Positions 19,708-28,826 of a stretch of DNA of 64,000 bases are shown here, one piece after another. Each line of letters starts with the position of its first letter. The stretch's first letter is position 1. Source of the DNA: an uncultured Alphaproteobacteria bacterium (GTDB lineage Bacteria; Pseudomonadota; Alphaproteobacteria; RF32; CAG-239); the NCBI GenBank assembly GCA_949297665.1, contig CASFTO010000015.1, positions 3,395 to 67,394 on the forward strand, written 5' to 3'. Made by a program: the position numbers and the translations under genes. The notes below the pieces were generated by a model. It did not search any database, was not told the DNA's origin, and saw only the letters and a list, made by a program, of their open reading frames with translations.

Positions 19708-19848
19708 GTGAAAAACAGAAATAATAGATATGTGTTATATTTAATTTTAGGAGTAGTTATAATAGGCACGGTATATACAGCTTGTAAAGATATAACCCCT
19801 GAACAACAACGTATAGAAACGAAAGTGGAATTAAAGCTTAGCAAATGA
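19708..19848 (+). CDS. Small single-TM protein (46 aa), hypothetical
   Basis: Only the 3' part of track ORF 19474..19848 is plausible, because the 5' part is antisense to aroK. GTG at 19708 is preceded by GGGAGAG. The product is VKNRNNRYVLYLILGVVIIGTVYTACKD..., and an ATGA overlap with the xerD start suggests translational coupling. Confidence 0.4.
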   Translation: MKNRNNRYVLYLILGVVIIGTVYTACKDITPEQQRIETKVELKLSK

Positions 19849-20753
19849 GAGACTATATAAATGAATTTTTAGATGCCAAGGCAGTAGAAAAGGGAGCCTC
19901 GCTTAATACCCTTAAAGCGTATAAAAATGATGTAAGACAATTTTTTGCCTCTATTCCACAACAAAATATGGAAAATATAACAACGGAAGATATAGAACAA
20001 TATCTTAAAGAGTTAAAGGACAAAGGAAGTACAGCAAAAACGTTATCCCGAAAAATATCATGTATAAGAGAATTTTTCAAGTTTTTGCAAAGTGAAAACA
20101 TAATAAAAGAAAGTCCGGCAAACAGGCTGAGAACCCCTAAAATCGGCAAAAGTTTACCCTATTTTCTTACAGCAAAAGAAGTAAAAAAAATTTACACTGT
20201 AGCAAAATTACAAAAAAGTTTTGCTTTTATGAAAATGTATGTAATGGTAAAGCTGATGTATTCAGCGGGCTTGAGAGTTTCTGAGTTGGTATCCCTTCCA
20301 GAGAATGCAATTAATTATGATATGCAGCAAATATTAATATGCGGCAAAGGAAGTAAAGAAAGGATTGTCCCGATAACCAAAGAAGTAATAGGTGATATAT
20401 TAGAGTATTTGAATGTCCGGGATAAAAAGAGAAGAAGTCAAAAGGGAAGCTGGCTGTTTCCTTCAGAAAAATCACTATCCGGACATGTGACACGCAACGG
20501 TTTCTTTAAAAGTCTAAAAAAATTGGCTGCAATGGCAGGGATTTCTCCGGAAAAGGTACATCCACACATTTTAAGACATTCCTTTGCAACAAGATTAGTA
20601 AATAATAATGCGGATTTGCGCTCTATACAAAAAATGTTAGGTCATGAGAATATTACAACGACAGAAATATATACTCACATTACGACAGAAAGATTAATAG
20701 ATGAAGTGAAGAAACGCCATCCATTGACACAACAACGAGAAGAAAACAAATAA
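19845..20753 (+). CDS. xerD: Tyrosine site-specific recombinase XerD
   Basis: 302 aa with an N-terminal SAM-like core-binding domain. Catalytic box residues appear in GLRVSELVSL, HPHILRHSFATRLV and LGHENITTTEIYTH. Confidence 0.9.
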   Translation: MRDYINEFLDAKAVEKGASLNTLKAYKNDVRQFFASIPQQNMENITTEDIEQYLKELKDKGSTAKTLSRKISCIREFFKFLQSENIIKESPANRLRTPKIGKSLPYFLTAKEVKKIYTVAKLQKSFAFMKMYVMVKLMYSAGLRVSELVSLPENAINYDMQQILICGKGSKERIVPITKEVIGDILEYLNVRDKKRRSQKGSWLFPSEKSLSGHVTRNGFFKSLKKLAAMAGISPEKVHPHILRHSFATRLVNNNADLRSIQKMLGHENITTTEIYTHITTERLIDEVKKRHPLTQQREENK

Positions 20754-20758
20754 AAGAT

Positions 20759-21274
20759 ATGAAAAAAATCAAAATACACATATCGGAAGAACCCCATTGT
20801 AAAGATTTAGAAAGTCTGGGTAGTATTTTTAAGCCATTAGTAAAAGACATAATGTCGGCAGAAGATTTCGTGGAAGCAGATATTTTGTTGAATTGGAAAG
20901 AAATTGTAGGGCAAGATATAGCTGCATATGCATATCCGATAAAAGTAAAATATAATCATAAAGAAAACATCAGAACGTTATATATGGAAGTCCCGGTCGG
21001 AGGATTCGCGCTAGAAGTTCAACATAAAGAAGATTATTTGTTGGAGAAGTTAAATGCATATTTTGGTTACAAGGCTGTCCATAAAATAAATATCAGCCAA
21101 AATATTCGATTAAGACCACAAATAAAGTCAACAAAAGAAACAAAAGAAAGAGTAAAATTAAGTGATACGGAAAAAAAGTATGTAGAAAGTGTCGTTGATG
21201 GAATAAAAGACGATAAATTAAAGGAAATTTTAACAAAATTAGGTGAAAGTGTAGTATTATCAAATCGGGAGTAA
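20759..21274 (+). CDS. DUF721/DciA-like protein
   Basis: 171 aa. ILLNWKEIVGQDIAAYAYPIKVKY...TLYMEVPVGGFALEVQHKEDYLLEKLNAYFGYKAVHKINI fits my memory of the DUF721 pattern. Assignment is by recollection only. Confidence 0.55.
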   Translation: MKKIKIHISEEPHCKDLESLGSIFKPLVKDIMSAEDFVEADILLNWKEIVGQDIAAYAYPIKVKYNHKENIRTLYMEVPVGGFALEVQHKEDYLLEKLNAYFGYKAVHKINISQNIRLRPQIKSTKETKERVKLSDTEKKYVESVVDGIKDDKLKEILTKLGESVVLSNRE

Positions 21275-21279
21275 ATGGG

Positions 21280-21993
21280 ATGATGAAGATAATTAAGCGA
21301 ACAAGTCGAGCATTGGCCTTAATCGTTGTCTATATCATGTGCGCATACGGATATTTGAGTGCAAAAGGATTTATTATTAAGGACGGGATTCCCATATTAA
21401 ACAATACCGCTCAAGCCGATACTGAATTTTCAGAAAAAGTAAGAGGAGATGTTCTGTTAAGTTCAACACAAATGCGCATAGAGGGGAAAGAAAATGCCCC
21501 GTTAACCATGTATGCTTTTTCGTCAATGGCATGCTCTCATTGCAGCGATTTTCATAATTACATATTGCCTAAAATCAGAAGAGATTTTATAGAAACGGGA
21601 AAACTTAAATACATATATATTCATTTTCCGATAGATGCCGTATCAATGAGGGTAGCAAAATTATCATATTGTCTTCCCCCTGAAAAATATGAAGGATTTA
21701 TTTCTGCACTATATAAAAAGAAAGATTGGTTCTATTCAGGTAAGAAAGAAACTTTAAATAAGTATGCAAAAGAATTTGGTATGAGCGATGAAGATATAAA
21801 AAAGTGCGATGAGGATAAAAAGCTAACCAGCGATATATTGATGACGTTTAATCATGCACTGAAGACATTTAACATTGAGGGTACGCCGTCATTTATAATA
21901 CAAGGAAAAGATGGGGAAGAATTGATAAAAGGATCGCGAAGTTATGATGATTTAAGTGATTATCTGAACAAGCGCCTATCCGGAGAAAAATAG
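21280..21993 (+). CDS. Periplasmic DsbA/Com1-like thiol:disulfide oxidoreductase
   Basis: Has an N-terminal signal/anchor, a thioredoxin-fold CSHC active site (SSMACSHCSDFH), and the downstream EGTPSFII cis-Pro loop motif. Confidence 0.8.
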   Translation: MMKIIKRTSRALALIVVYIMCAYGYLSAKGFIIKDGIPILNNTAQADTEFSEKVRGDVLLSSTQMRIEGKENAPLTMYAFSSMACSHCSDFHNYILPKIRRDFIETGKLKYIYIHFPIDAVSMRVAKLSYCLPPEKYEGFISALYKKKDWFYSGKKETLNKYAKEFGMSDEDIKKCDEDKKLTSDILMTFNHALKTFNIEGTPSFIIQGKDGEELIKGSRSYDDLSDYLNKRLSGEK

Positions 21994-22302
21994 ATGCAAA
22001 TTCCCGAAGACATAAAAGCATTAGATGAAAAAATAGCTAAAGCGAAGTTATTAAAACAACAAGAAGAACCACAAAGTAAACATTCGGATTTTTCCCATTT
22101 AACAATGGGATTGCGATTAGGCGTAGAACTGGCTTCGGGTACAATTGTCGGAGCGGCAATCGGTTATACTTTAGACGAAGTATTTGACTTTAAGTATATA
22201 ATGCTGTTAATATTCACTATATTTGGAGGATGTGCCGGTATGTTAAATGCATATCGCTACATAAAGAGTATAAATACAAACGAGGAAAAAGAGGGAGAAT
22301 AA
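21994..22302 (+). CDS. atpI: ATP synthase protein I (AtpI/AtpR-like)
   Basis: 102 aa with two hydrophobic helices (LGVELASGTIVGAAIGYTLD, IMLLIFTIFGGCAGMLNAY). It sits directly upstream of atpB, as in alphaproteobacterial F0 operons. Confidence 0.75.
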   Translation: MQIPEDIKALDEKIAKAKLLKQQEEPQSKHSDFSHLTMGLRLGVELASGTIVGAAIGYTLDEVFDFKYIMLLIFTIFGGCAGMLNAYRYIKSINTNEEKEGE

Positions 22303-22304
22303 TC

Positions 22305-23027
22305 GTGTCCGGTCCAATGGAACAATTTGAAATTAAAAAGTTAGTCCCGATAGAGATAGGGGGATATGACATTAGTTTCACGAATTCCGCATTATGTATG
22401 GTTCTTGCGGCAACTTTAGTTGTTTCAATTTTTGCATTGTGTCTGCGCAAAAGAACATTAGTTCCCGGAGTATATCAAAATATTCCGGAAAGTATTTATG
22501 AATTTATTTATAAAATAGTTCTGGATAACGTAGGGAAGGAAGGACTAAAATATTTTTCTTTTATATTCACCTTATCACTTTTTATAGCATCAGGAAACAT
22601 ACTTGGTCTATTCCCATATAGTTTTACATTTACATCACATTTAGCAGCTGTAGGGGCATTATCGATATTTGCTTTATTGTTCAATATGATTGTTGGGATA
22701 AGAAAGAAAAAATGGGGGTATTTAAGAACTTTTATGCCACGAGGGATACCATGGCCGTTGGCACCACTGATAATACCGATAGAAACGATATCGTTGTTAT
22801 CAAAACCCTTCAGTTTAACGGTAAGATTAGTTGCAAATATGACGGTAGGACATATTATGTTAAAAATAATAGCCGGTTTTGTTGCAGCACTAGGGGTATG
22901 TGGTGTAGTTCCACTATTCTTTGATGGATGTATTATAGCGTTTGAGCTATTTATCGCAGTATTGCAGGCTTATATATATACAATTTTATCTTGTATTTAT
23001 TTGAGTGACGCGCTTCATTATCATTAA
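22305..23027 (+). CDS. atpB: F0F1 ATP synthase subunit a
   Basis: The conserved Arg helix is SLTVRLVANMTVGH, and the protein is polytopic. The track ORF starts at 22230 inside atpI. GTG at 22305 or ATG at 22317 (MEQFEIKK) is the realistic start. Confidence 0.9.
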   Translation: MSGPMEQFEIKKLVPIEIGGYDISFTNSALCMVLAATLVVSIFALCLRKRTLVPGVYQNIPESIYEFIYKIVLDNVGKEGLKYFSFIFTLSLFIASGNILGLFPYSFTFTSHLAAVGALSIFALLFNMIVGIRKKKWGYLRTFMPRGIPWPLAPLIIPIETISLLSKPFSLTVRLVANMTVGHIMLKIIAGFVAALGVCGVVPLFFDGCIIAFELFIAVLQAYIYTILSCIYLSDALHYH

Positions 23028-23049
23028 TTAATTTAGGAAAGGAAAAGAG

Positions 23050-23286
23050 ATGGAAAATATAATAGCATCAGATGCCGCAATGTATTTTGGGGCAGCATTG
23101 TGTACCATACCGATGGCCGCATCAGCCTGGGGGGTAGCAAAATTATGGATAACCATGATTGAAACGGTAGGACGCAATCCTCAAGTAAAGAAGGATGTAG
23201 ACACATACGGTTGGGCAGGGTTTGCAGCCATTGAAGCGATTGCATTATACTGCTTAGTAGTTGCATTAATAATGTTAAATAAATAA
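23050..23286 (+). CDS. atpE: F0F1 ATP synthase subunit c
   Basis: 78-aa hairpin protein with the GRNPQ loop and a carboxylate in AAIEAIALY. Confidence 0.95.
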   Translation: MENIIASDAAMYFGAALCTIPMAASAWGVAKLWITMIETVGRNPQVKKDVDTYGWAGFAAIEAIALYCLVVALIMLNK

Positions 23287-23297
23287 AGGTAATAAAG

Positions 23298-23777
23298 ATG
23301 CCGCAGTTAGAGATATCGTCTTATTTAACCCAGATATTTTGGGTAATAACGACCTTTATCATATTTTGGATGATAATGGATTATGTACTAATACCGAAGA
23401 TATCTGAAACAATAGAGGCGAGAAAACGCAAATATGATGATTTCATAATGAAAGCTGAGGAAATAAATAAAAAAGCCTTAGGAACATTAGAGCGTTATGA
23501 AACTACTTTAGCTGCGGCAAAATTAAAAGCCTCTGAACAGATTAAAGCAAATGAAGACGCCCTTAGAAAAATAATAGAAGAGCGAGAAGATGAAATAAAT
23601 CAACAATTAAAAACCAAAATAGCGGAACATGAAGAAAGATTGAGAGCAGACAAAGCAGCGACATTATCAAAAATTGAAGAGTTATCAGAAATAGCTGCTG
23701 CAACAATAATTAAACAATTAGATTTAAAGACAATAACAGAATCAGATATCCAACAAGTTGCCCAACAGAAAGAGTAA
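23298..23777 (+). CDS. F0F1 ATP synthase subunit b' (b-prime)
   Basis: 159 aa with an N-terminal TM followed by a long charged helix. It is the first of two b-type genes, as in alphaproteobacteria. Confidence 0.8.
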   Translation: MPQLEISSYLTQIFWVITTFIIFWMIMDYVLIPKISETIEARKRKYDDFIMKAEEINKKALGTLERYETTLAAAKLKASEQIKANEDALRKIIEEREDEINQQLKTKIAEHEERLRADKAATLSKIEELSEIAAATIIKQLDLKTITESDIQQVAQQKE

Positions 23778-23781
23778 GGTT

Positions 23782-24339
23782 ATGTCCCCTAGTATACAAC
23801 AGGAAATATCAGAAACAGTAAACATGCCAGAAGCTCACATGGAAGTATTTTACTTAAGTGGAGAGTTTTGGGTTGCCGTAGCATTTATTTTGGTAATGGC
23901 AGTTTTGCTAAAGCCGCTTATGAAAGCTGGGAAAAATCTTATAACCAAAAGGATAATAAGAATAAAAAGGGAACTTCAGGAAGCAGAAAATTTAAAACTT
24001 GAAGCTCAAAAATTATATGCGGAATATGAACGGAAGTTTTTAAATACAGATAAAGAAGTGTTGGATATTGTTAAAGAACAAGAGAATACGATAGAAGAAA
24101 CTAAAGAAAGAAAGATAAGAGAACTAAATTTATATTTGCAAAGAAAGTCAAATGAAGTAGATAACAGAATAGAACAAGAATTTGAGCAAGCCGGACAAGA
24201 AATAAATAACATGATTAGCAACAGAACGGAAGAAATATTGATATCTGTAATTAGCTCAAAATTAACCAAATCGGATTATAATCATTTAATAGAAAGATCA
24301 ATTACACAAATAAAAAACGGTCTCTCGGCAAACAAATAA
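23782..24339 (+). CDS. atpF: F0F1 ATP synthase subunit b
   Basis: Has a TM segment (FWVAVAFILVMAVLL) followed by a long charged helix. The track ORF starts at 23758 and overlaps b'. ATG at 23782, just after the b' stop, is preferred. Confidence 0.8.
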   Translation: MSPSIQQEISETVNMPEAHMEVFYLSGEFWVAVAFILVMAVLLKPLMKAGKNLITKRIIRIKRELQEAENLKLEAQKLYAEYERKFLNTDKEVLDIVKEQENTIEETKERKIRELNLYLQRKSNEVDNRIEQEFEQAGQEINNMISNRTEEILISVISSKLTKSDYNHLIERSITQIKNGLSANK

Positions 24340-24355
24340 TACCTTGGAGATTTAA

Positions 24356-25303
24356 ATGGAGCTTTTACAATATAGTTTTTCAGATTTGTATATAAATTCC
24401 AACAAAGATTTCTATATCTCAGATGAGAAATATGCAAATAGTTTAAAAAGAGTTGAACCAAGTGATAAGGAAGAATTTTGTGAACAACTTTTTTTAATAA
24501 TGCATCAAACCAGCTCCTATTCAATGAATTACAAGGGAACATTTTTCCGTGTTGAAAATGTATTGAGCGTAAATGGTGAACTGTATTGTTTAAGGAGAAT
24601 GCCGCTAACCATACCCAGCATTCACAATCTTGGGTTTGATCATCGCTTTGTTCAATATATGCTCTCACTATCAGCACAAAGTGGGCTGATAATATGGGGT
24701 GGCGCAACCGGTTCGGGGAAGACGACATCGATATCAAGTTTATTAGCAGAATATTTAAATTTAGAAGGAGGATTTGCTTATACAATTGAAGATCCTGCAG
24801 AAATGCCTCTGGAGGGAGAATATCAATCCTTTAATGGCTCTATAGGTTTTTGCAAACAAACAGAAGTACAAAATGACAACTGGAGAGATCCGCTAAAGTC
24901 TGCTTTACGCTCAAAACCTAGATACATTTTGATTGGAGAGATAAGAACACCGGATGCGGCATGCGAGTGCTTACGAGCCTCAATATCAGGACACTTGGTT
25001 TTAACAACAATTCACGCAAGTTCAATAACAGATGCTCTAAGCTCATTAGTTAAATATGCGAGTTTTAGTATGAGTGAAAGTTCTGCATTTGATATATTGT
25101 CCAGAGGCATACTTTCGGTAATTAAGCAAGATTTAGTAGGTACAGAAATGCATAGGAAACCAAAAATTGAAACACTGTTTGCTAATCCAGATTTAAATAA
25201 AGGATGTTCTGTACGTTCCATAATTCGTAGCGGAAAATTAAATCTAGCAACATCAATAGAAATGCAAGCCGCAAGAATGGCACAATCATTACCGATATTC
25301 TAA
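24356..25303 (+). CDS. PilT/DotB-family secretion ATPase (hexameric AAA+-like)
   Basis: 315 aa. Walker A is WGGATGSGKTTSISSL, the Asp box is YTIEDPAEMPLEG, Walker B is PRYILIGEIRTPDAA, and the His box GHLVLTTIHASS is closest to the PilT/DotB signature. It is convergent with the pilus operon. Confidence 0.8.
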   Translation: MELLQYSFSDLYINSNKDFYISDEKYANSLKRVEPSDKEEFCEQLFLIMHQTSSYSMNYKGTFFRVENVLSVNGELYCLRRMPLTIPSIHNLGFDHRFVQYMLSLSAQSGLIIWGGATGSGKTTSISSLLAEYLNLEGGFAYTIEDPAEMPLEGEYQSFNGSIGFCKQTEVQNDNWRDPLKSALRSKPRYILIGEIRTPDAACECLRASISGHLVLTTIHASSITDALSSLVKYASFSMSESSAFDILSRGILSVIKQDLVGTEMHRKPKIETLFANPDLNKGCSVRSIIRSGKLNLATSIEMQAARMAQSLPIF

Positions 25304-25324
25304 AAGAAACAAATACTTTCTAAG

Positions 25325-25987
25325 CTATTTTAACGACCAAATAAGAGTGTTATTACGATTAGAGCAAAAATTTTTACTGGAATATTTCTCAACAGGAAGA
25401 GGATTTTCAGCTCCCCATGTATAAACAAAAGTTCCGTTACTATTGTGAATAGTTATTTTATCTAAGACCAACAATTGAGATTTAGTAAGTTGAGCCTCTG
25501 CGTAAGACAAACATTGAGCTTTATTAAGATTAGGCATGACAATATCAAAAGTGACAGAACGCGGAGAAACAGGAGCAGCCTCAAACCCTTCACCTAACAG
25601 AATATAAATATCATCTTTAAGTACAATATTTCCATCTTTTACATATTGAATCGGAATAACTTTATCATGTAATAATGTGTCAGTAGAAAGTTTCCAATAA
25701 TCAGGTTTATCGGCATAATAAACTCTGGTATATTCTGCAATTCGAAAAATAGCATCTAAGTTAAAAGACAGCGCGCGACGCGATGAAGAACAAGAATAAA
25801 ATAAAATAGTAATCAGCAAAAAGGGGATAGAAACTTTAATAACCAGATTTTTATTTTTAAGAAGATACTCTTTACCTCTAAGAAAATAATCACGCAAATC
25901 AGAAGAATACATATTAACCACTACCACTTTGTATGAGGTAAGTAAATTCCGCAATTTAAGATAAAAAGGTAAAAACTTTTCGAGCAT
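25325..25987 (-). CDS. Last gene of the pilus operon; pilin-position protein without a canonical prepilin signal
   Basis: 220 aa, or 195 aa from the internal ATG at 25912 (MYSSDLRDYFLRG...). It has one hydrophobic segment (VIKVSIPFLLITILFY) and two Cys in the C-terminal third (NKAQCLSY...KNFCSNR), reminiscent of a pilin D-region disulfide. No G/xxxxE cleavage motif is present. Confidence 0.45.
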   Translation of the reverse strand: MLEKFLPFYLKLRNLLTSYKVVVVNMYSSDLRDYFLRGKEYLLKNKNLVIKVSIPFLLITILFYSCSSSRRALSFNLDAIFRIAEYTRVYYADKPDYWKLSTDTLLHDKVIPIQYVKDGNIVLKDDIYILLGEGFEAAPVSPRSVTFDIVMPNLNKAQCLSYAEAQLTKSQLLVLDKITIHNSNGTFVYTWGAENPLPVEKYSSKNFCSNRNNTLIWSLK

Positions 25988-25992
25988 ACCAA

Positions 25993-27114
25993 TTACCCCA
26001 TTGCGCTAGTAATCTGGTCTTGCATTTCAAACACGCCAAACACAGCCCAAGCGATAATACCGGAAATTGCAAACATTGCTACCATGTTCAAAATAGAAGC
26101 CTTTTGCTCAACAGCTTCAGCAGATTCGTCAAGCCAATCGTTAGCAAGCCGATCGAGTGCTTCCTCAAAGTTATCAAGCTCAGCATAAATGCGCAAATCA
26201 GCAACAATATCTTTATCAGGGAAATTCAACTTTGTTTTAGAAAGAGCCTCTCCCAAGTTATCACCATTTTTAATAAAATCCATAGCTCTATCAATACGCT
26301 CTTGCAAATACCTATTAGAATCTTTTCTCAAGGAAGTCAAAGCGACGGAAATAGGCACACCACCTTTTATTAAAGCAGACAAAGAAAGTAACCAAGTAAT
26401 ACCCATAAACATTTTATACAATGACCACGGCGGACAATCGTCAATAGCCTTTCTTGTAGGTCCAGTCCAAATACCGATAGTAGCATAAATAAGAAGAAAG
26501 ATAGCTGGAAAGAAAGCGAAAGCTAATAACCAATTCTTTTGAATCCACAAAGAAACAGCAACTAAATCTTTAGCTGTACCCGCCCATCTCGCATTAGGAG
26601 CGGCATCCATCATAGGAGGCACCATATACGCACCAATAGCATAAATAACTAAAACGGACATAAGCAACAAGAAAGACGGATAAGCAATAGCTCCGATAAT
26701 AGGCTTCAACATTTTCTCAGTACCTTCAGCCACACGGATCAAGTTCATCAAAGCACTTTCCAAGTCAGACATATCACCAACCGAAAGCATCAATCTTTCA
26801 CGACTTGGCGCCCACCCCTTAAGGGCATCGGAGAAAGCATAACCATTTTGAAGAGCTTTACCCCAGGACGCAATAGCAATAGCCATAGGCTCACTTGAAT
26901 GTTTACCATTATCGGTAATACTATCATACATAATATCTAAAGCATTCATCAAAGAAAATCTGTTTCTAAGCAAAGATGCCAATTTTTTATAAACTTTTAA
27001 CCGAGCCTTACCCGCCATACCAATACGAAACTGAGCAAAAGAAACTTCCAACGAGCCTAAAGACTTCATTGCTTTATTAAAGGCACCTGTATTTGTTTCT
27101 TCTTTTTTAGCCAT
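25993..27114 (-). CDS. Type IV pilus platform protein (GspF/PilC family; R64 PilR / TcpE / BfpE size class)
   Basis: 373 aa with a duplicated T2SS-F-like module (KVYKKLASLLRNRFSLMNALDIM...ALQNGYAFSDAL and SLSALIKGGVPISVALTSL...IKNGDNLGEAL). Three TM segments are visible. Confidence 0.85.
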   Translation of the reverse strand: MAKKEETNTGAFNKAMKSLGSLEVSFAQFRIGMAGKARLKVYKKLASLLRNRFSLMNALDIMYDSITDNGKHSSEPMAIAIASWGKALQNGYAFSDALKGWAPSRERLMLSVGDMSDLESALMNLIRVAEGTEKMLKPIIGAIAYPSFLLLMSVLVIYAIGAYMVPPMMDAAPNARWAGTAKDLVAVSLWIQKNWLLAFAFFPAIFLLIYATIGIWTGPTRKAIDDCPPWSLYKMFMGITWLLSLSALIKGGVPISVALTSLRKDSNRYLQERIDRAMDFIKNGDNLGEALSKTKLNFPDKDIVADLRIYAELDNFEEALDRLANDWLDESAEAVEQKASILNMVAMFAISGIIAWAVFGVFEMQDQITSAMG

Positions 27115-27123
27115 AGTAATCTC

Positions 27124-28788
27124 CTAGTAGACAGGACGTTGGTCAATCAAGCCGCACCAACGTTCGACTTCATCCATATCAATTTGTCCTTTAATCATAC
27201 GTTCAATAGCAGCATCTTTTAAAGGACGTCCATTTAATTCACTAACCCAATAGTCAATAGCTTTAGCTGTTTCGTTATCAATCATAAGTCTCAAGAAGCG
27301 AGAGTCAGGCAAAATAATTTCATCAACAGCCATTCTACCTTTAAAACCTTTATAACCACACGCTTTACACCCAGGACCACTGACATAAACATTTTCAATA
27401 CCATAATCACCCAATGCATTACGCAAACGATCAAATTCAGGAGATCCTTCTTTCGTCTTAATTGATTGTCTGCAATTAGGACATAATTTTCTAAACAGAC
27501 GTTGAGAAACAAGTCCTTTAACCAATTCAGGGTCATTAAGTAGATAGGGTTGAATACCCATATCACGCAAACGAGTAACAATAGCCGGAGCCGAGTTTGC
27601 GTGCAAAGTAGTCCAAACTCCGTGACCAGATAGAGCACCTTTAAAGGTTAATTCAGCAGTAGACAACGAACGAGTTTCCCCCACAAGAATAACGTCAGGG
27701 TCGGAACGAAGCGCTGCAGACAATGCTTTAGTAAATTGCTCATTTTTTTCTTCTTCAGTATTTGCGTTAGTAACAGGCATCTGGCGAGCACCAGGAATAG
27801 GATACTCTGGAGGATCTTCCACGGTCAACAAGTTAATCTGATAATTTTTTTCTTGTAATAATTTAATCATATTACGTTGCAAAGTTGTAGATTTACCCGA
27901 ACCAGTAGGGCCAGCAACAACGTTCAAGCCTACAGCCATACTTCTCATTTTATAAAAAAGATCTTCTTCATATTTCCCAAGCCCCAAAGAGCGTAAATCT
28001 GAGCTTCCCTCAGGGTTATCATCAGCATACAAAAGACGCATAACCAGATATTGGGAACCAAACGCGATAGGGTTAAATTGAAGACGGATAGCCAAAACAT
28101 TATGAGGGAGCATCAACTTACCTTTAGAGCCGCGCAAAGGTGTGGAACCTAATTTTTGAGCACCCTGAAATTCATTTTGAGAATAGTTCGAGTCTGAAAT
28201 ATCGGCAGAAGCAAAAACCGAACGAACAAAGGCTTCCCCCCATTCTCCGCCATATTCATTTTGTTTAACCATAATACCGTTTTCACGAAATAATACGGTA
28301 GAAGACGAGCCGACGATAATATGAACGTCGGACACTTTTTTTTGAGAAGCTCTTTGAATAATATTAATAAAGTCGATTTGCATCTGCATATCTTCAGCTT
28401 CTTCTGCAGACACATCAACGGTACCGGCACCACGTTCAGCATAAGCGTAAATAGCAGATATTTCATTAAGAGTAACATAACGAGGTGCTTTTATTGGAAT
28501 TTTTCTTCTTTTAACATTTGCCTCAAAGTTATAAACAGCACCGTCAAATCTGTTATCCTTAGAAACAAGATACGTTCCATCTGAAAACAATGCCAACAAA
28601 CGTCTTGTTTCATTAGAGATAGCAAAATCGGAACCATTAACAGTCAGTAGCTTATTACCGTTGGCAAAAAGCTGATCAAACAGATTAACTTTTTTAGGCT
28701 GCTCACCACCCGCATCTTCATCTTCAAAATTAGAAGTCGGATTAGCTTGTCCGTTAACTATGTTATCTTTCTTTAACTCTTCCGCCAT
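27124..28788 (-). CDS. Type IV pilus assembly ATPase (GspE/PilB family; R64 PilQ equivalent)
   Basis: 554 aa. Walker A is VAGPTGSGKSTTL, the Asp box is TVEDPPEYPIPG, Walker B is PDVILVGETRS, and the His box is GHGVWTTLHANS. A tetracysteine CPNC...CKAC is also present. Confidence 0.9.
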   Translation of the reverse strand: MAEELKKDNIVNGQANPTSNFEDEDAGGEQPKKVNLFDQLFANGNKLLTVNGSDFAISNETRRLLALFSDGTYLVSKDNRFDGAVYNFEANVKRRKIPIKAPRYVTLNEISAIYAYAERGAGTVDVSAEEAEDMQMQIDFINIIQRASQKKVSDVHIIVGSSSTVLFRENGIMVKQNEYGGEWGEAFVRSVFASADISDSNYSQNEFQGAQKLGSTPLRGSKGKLMLPHNVLAIRLQFNPIAFGSQYLVMRLLYADDNPEGSSDLRSLGLGKYEEDLFYKMRSMAVGLNVVAGPTGSGKSTTLQRNMIKLLQEKNYQINLLTVEDPPEYPIPGARQMPVTNANTEEEKNEQFTKALSAALRSDPDVILVGETRSLSTAELTFKGALSGHGVWTTLHANSAPAIVTRLRDMGIQPYLLNDPELVKGLVSQRLFRKLCPNCRQSIKTKEGSPEFDRLRNALGDYGIENVYVSGPGCKACGYKGFKGRMAVDEIILPDSRFLRLMIDNETAKAIDYWVSELNGRPLKDAAIERMIKGQIDMDEVERWCGLIDQRPVY

Positions 28789-28826
28789 ACTTTACACCCG
28801 CAAACAGCAATTAAAATATTAATCAA

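Noticed and set aside
19845-20753. Tyrosine recombinase as a possible mobile-element integrase marking an island boundary
   Set aside because: Its sequence and length fit chromosomal XerD. It sits among housekeeping genes about 4.5 kb from the pilus locus, with the atp operon in between. No attachment-site repeats or tRNA are nearby.
22230-22304. Long upstream start for atpB overlapping atpI by 73 nt
   Set aside because: The extension (MCRYVKCISLHKEYKYKRGKRGRII) is not subunit-a-like. GTG at 22305 or ATG at 22317, right after the atpI stop, gives the expected N-terminus.
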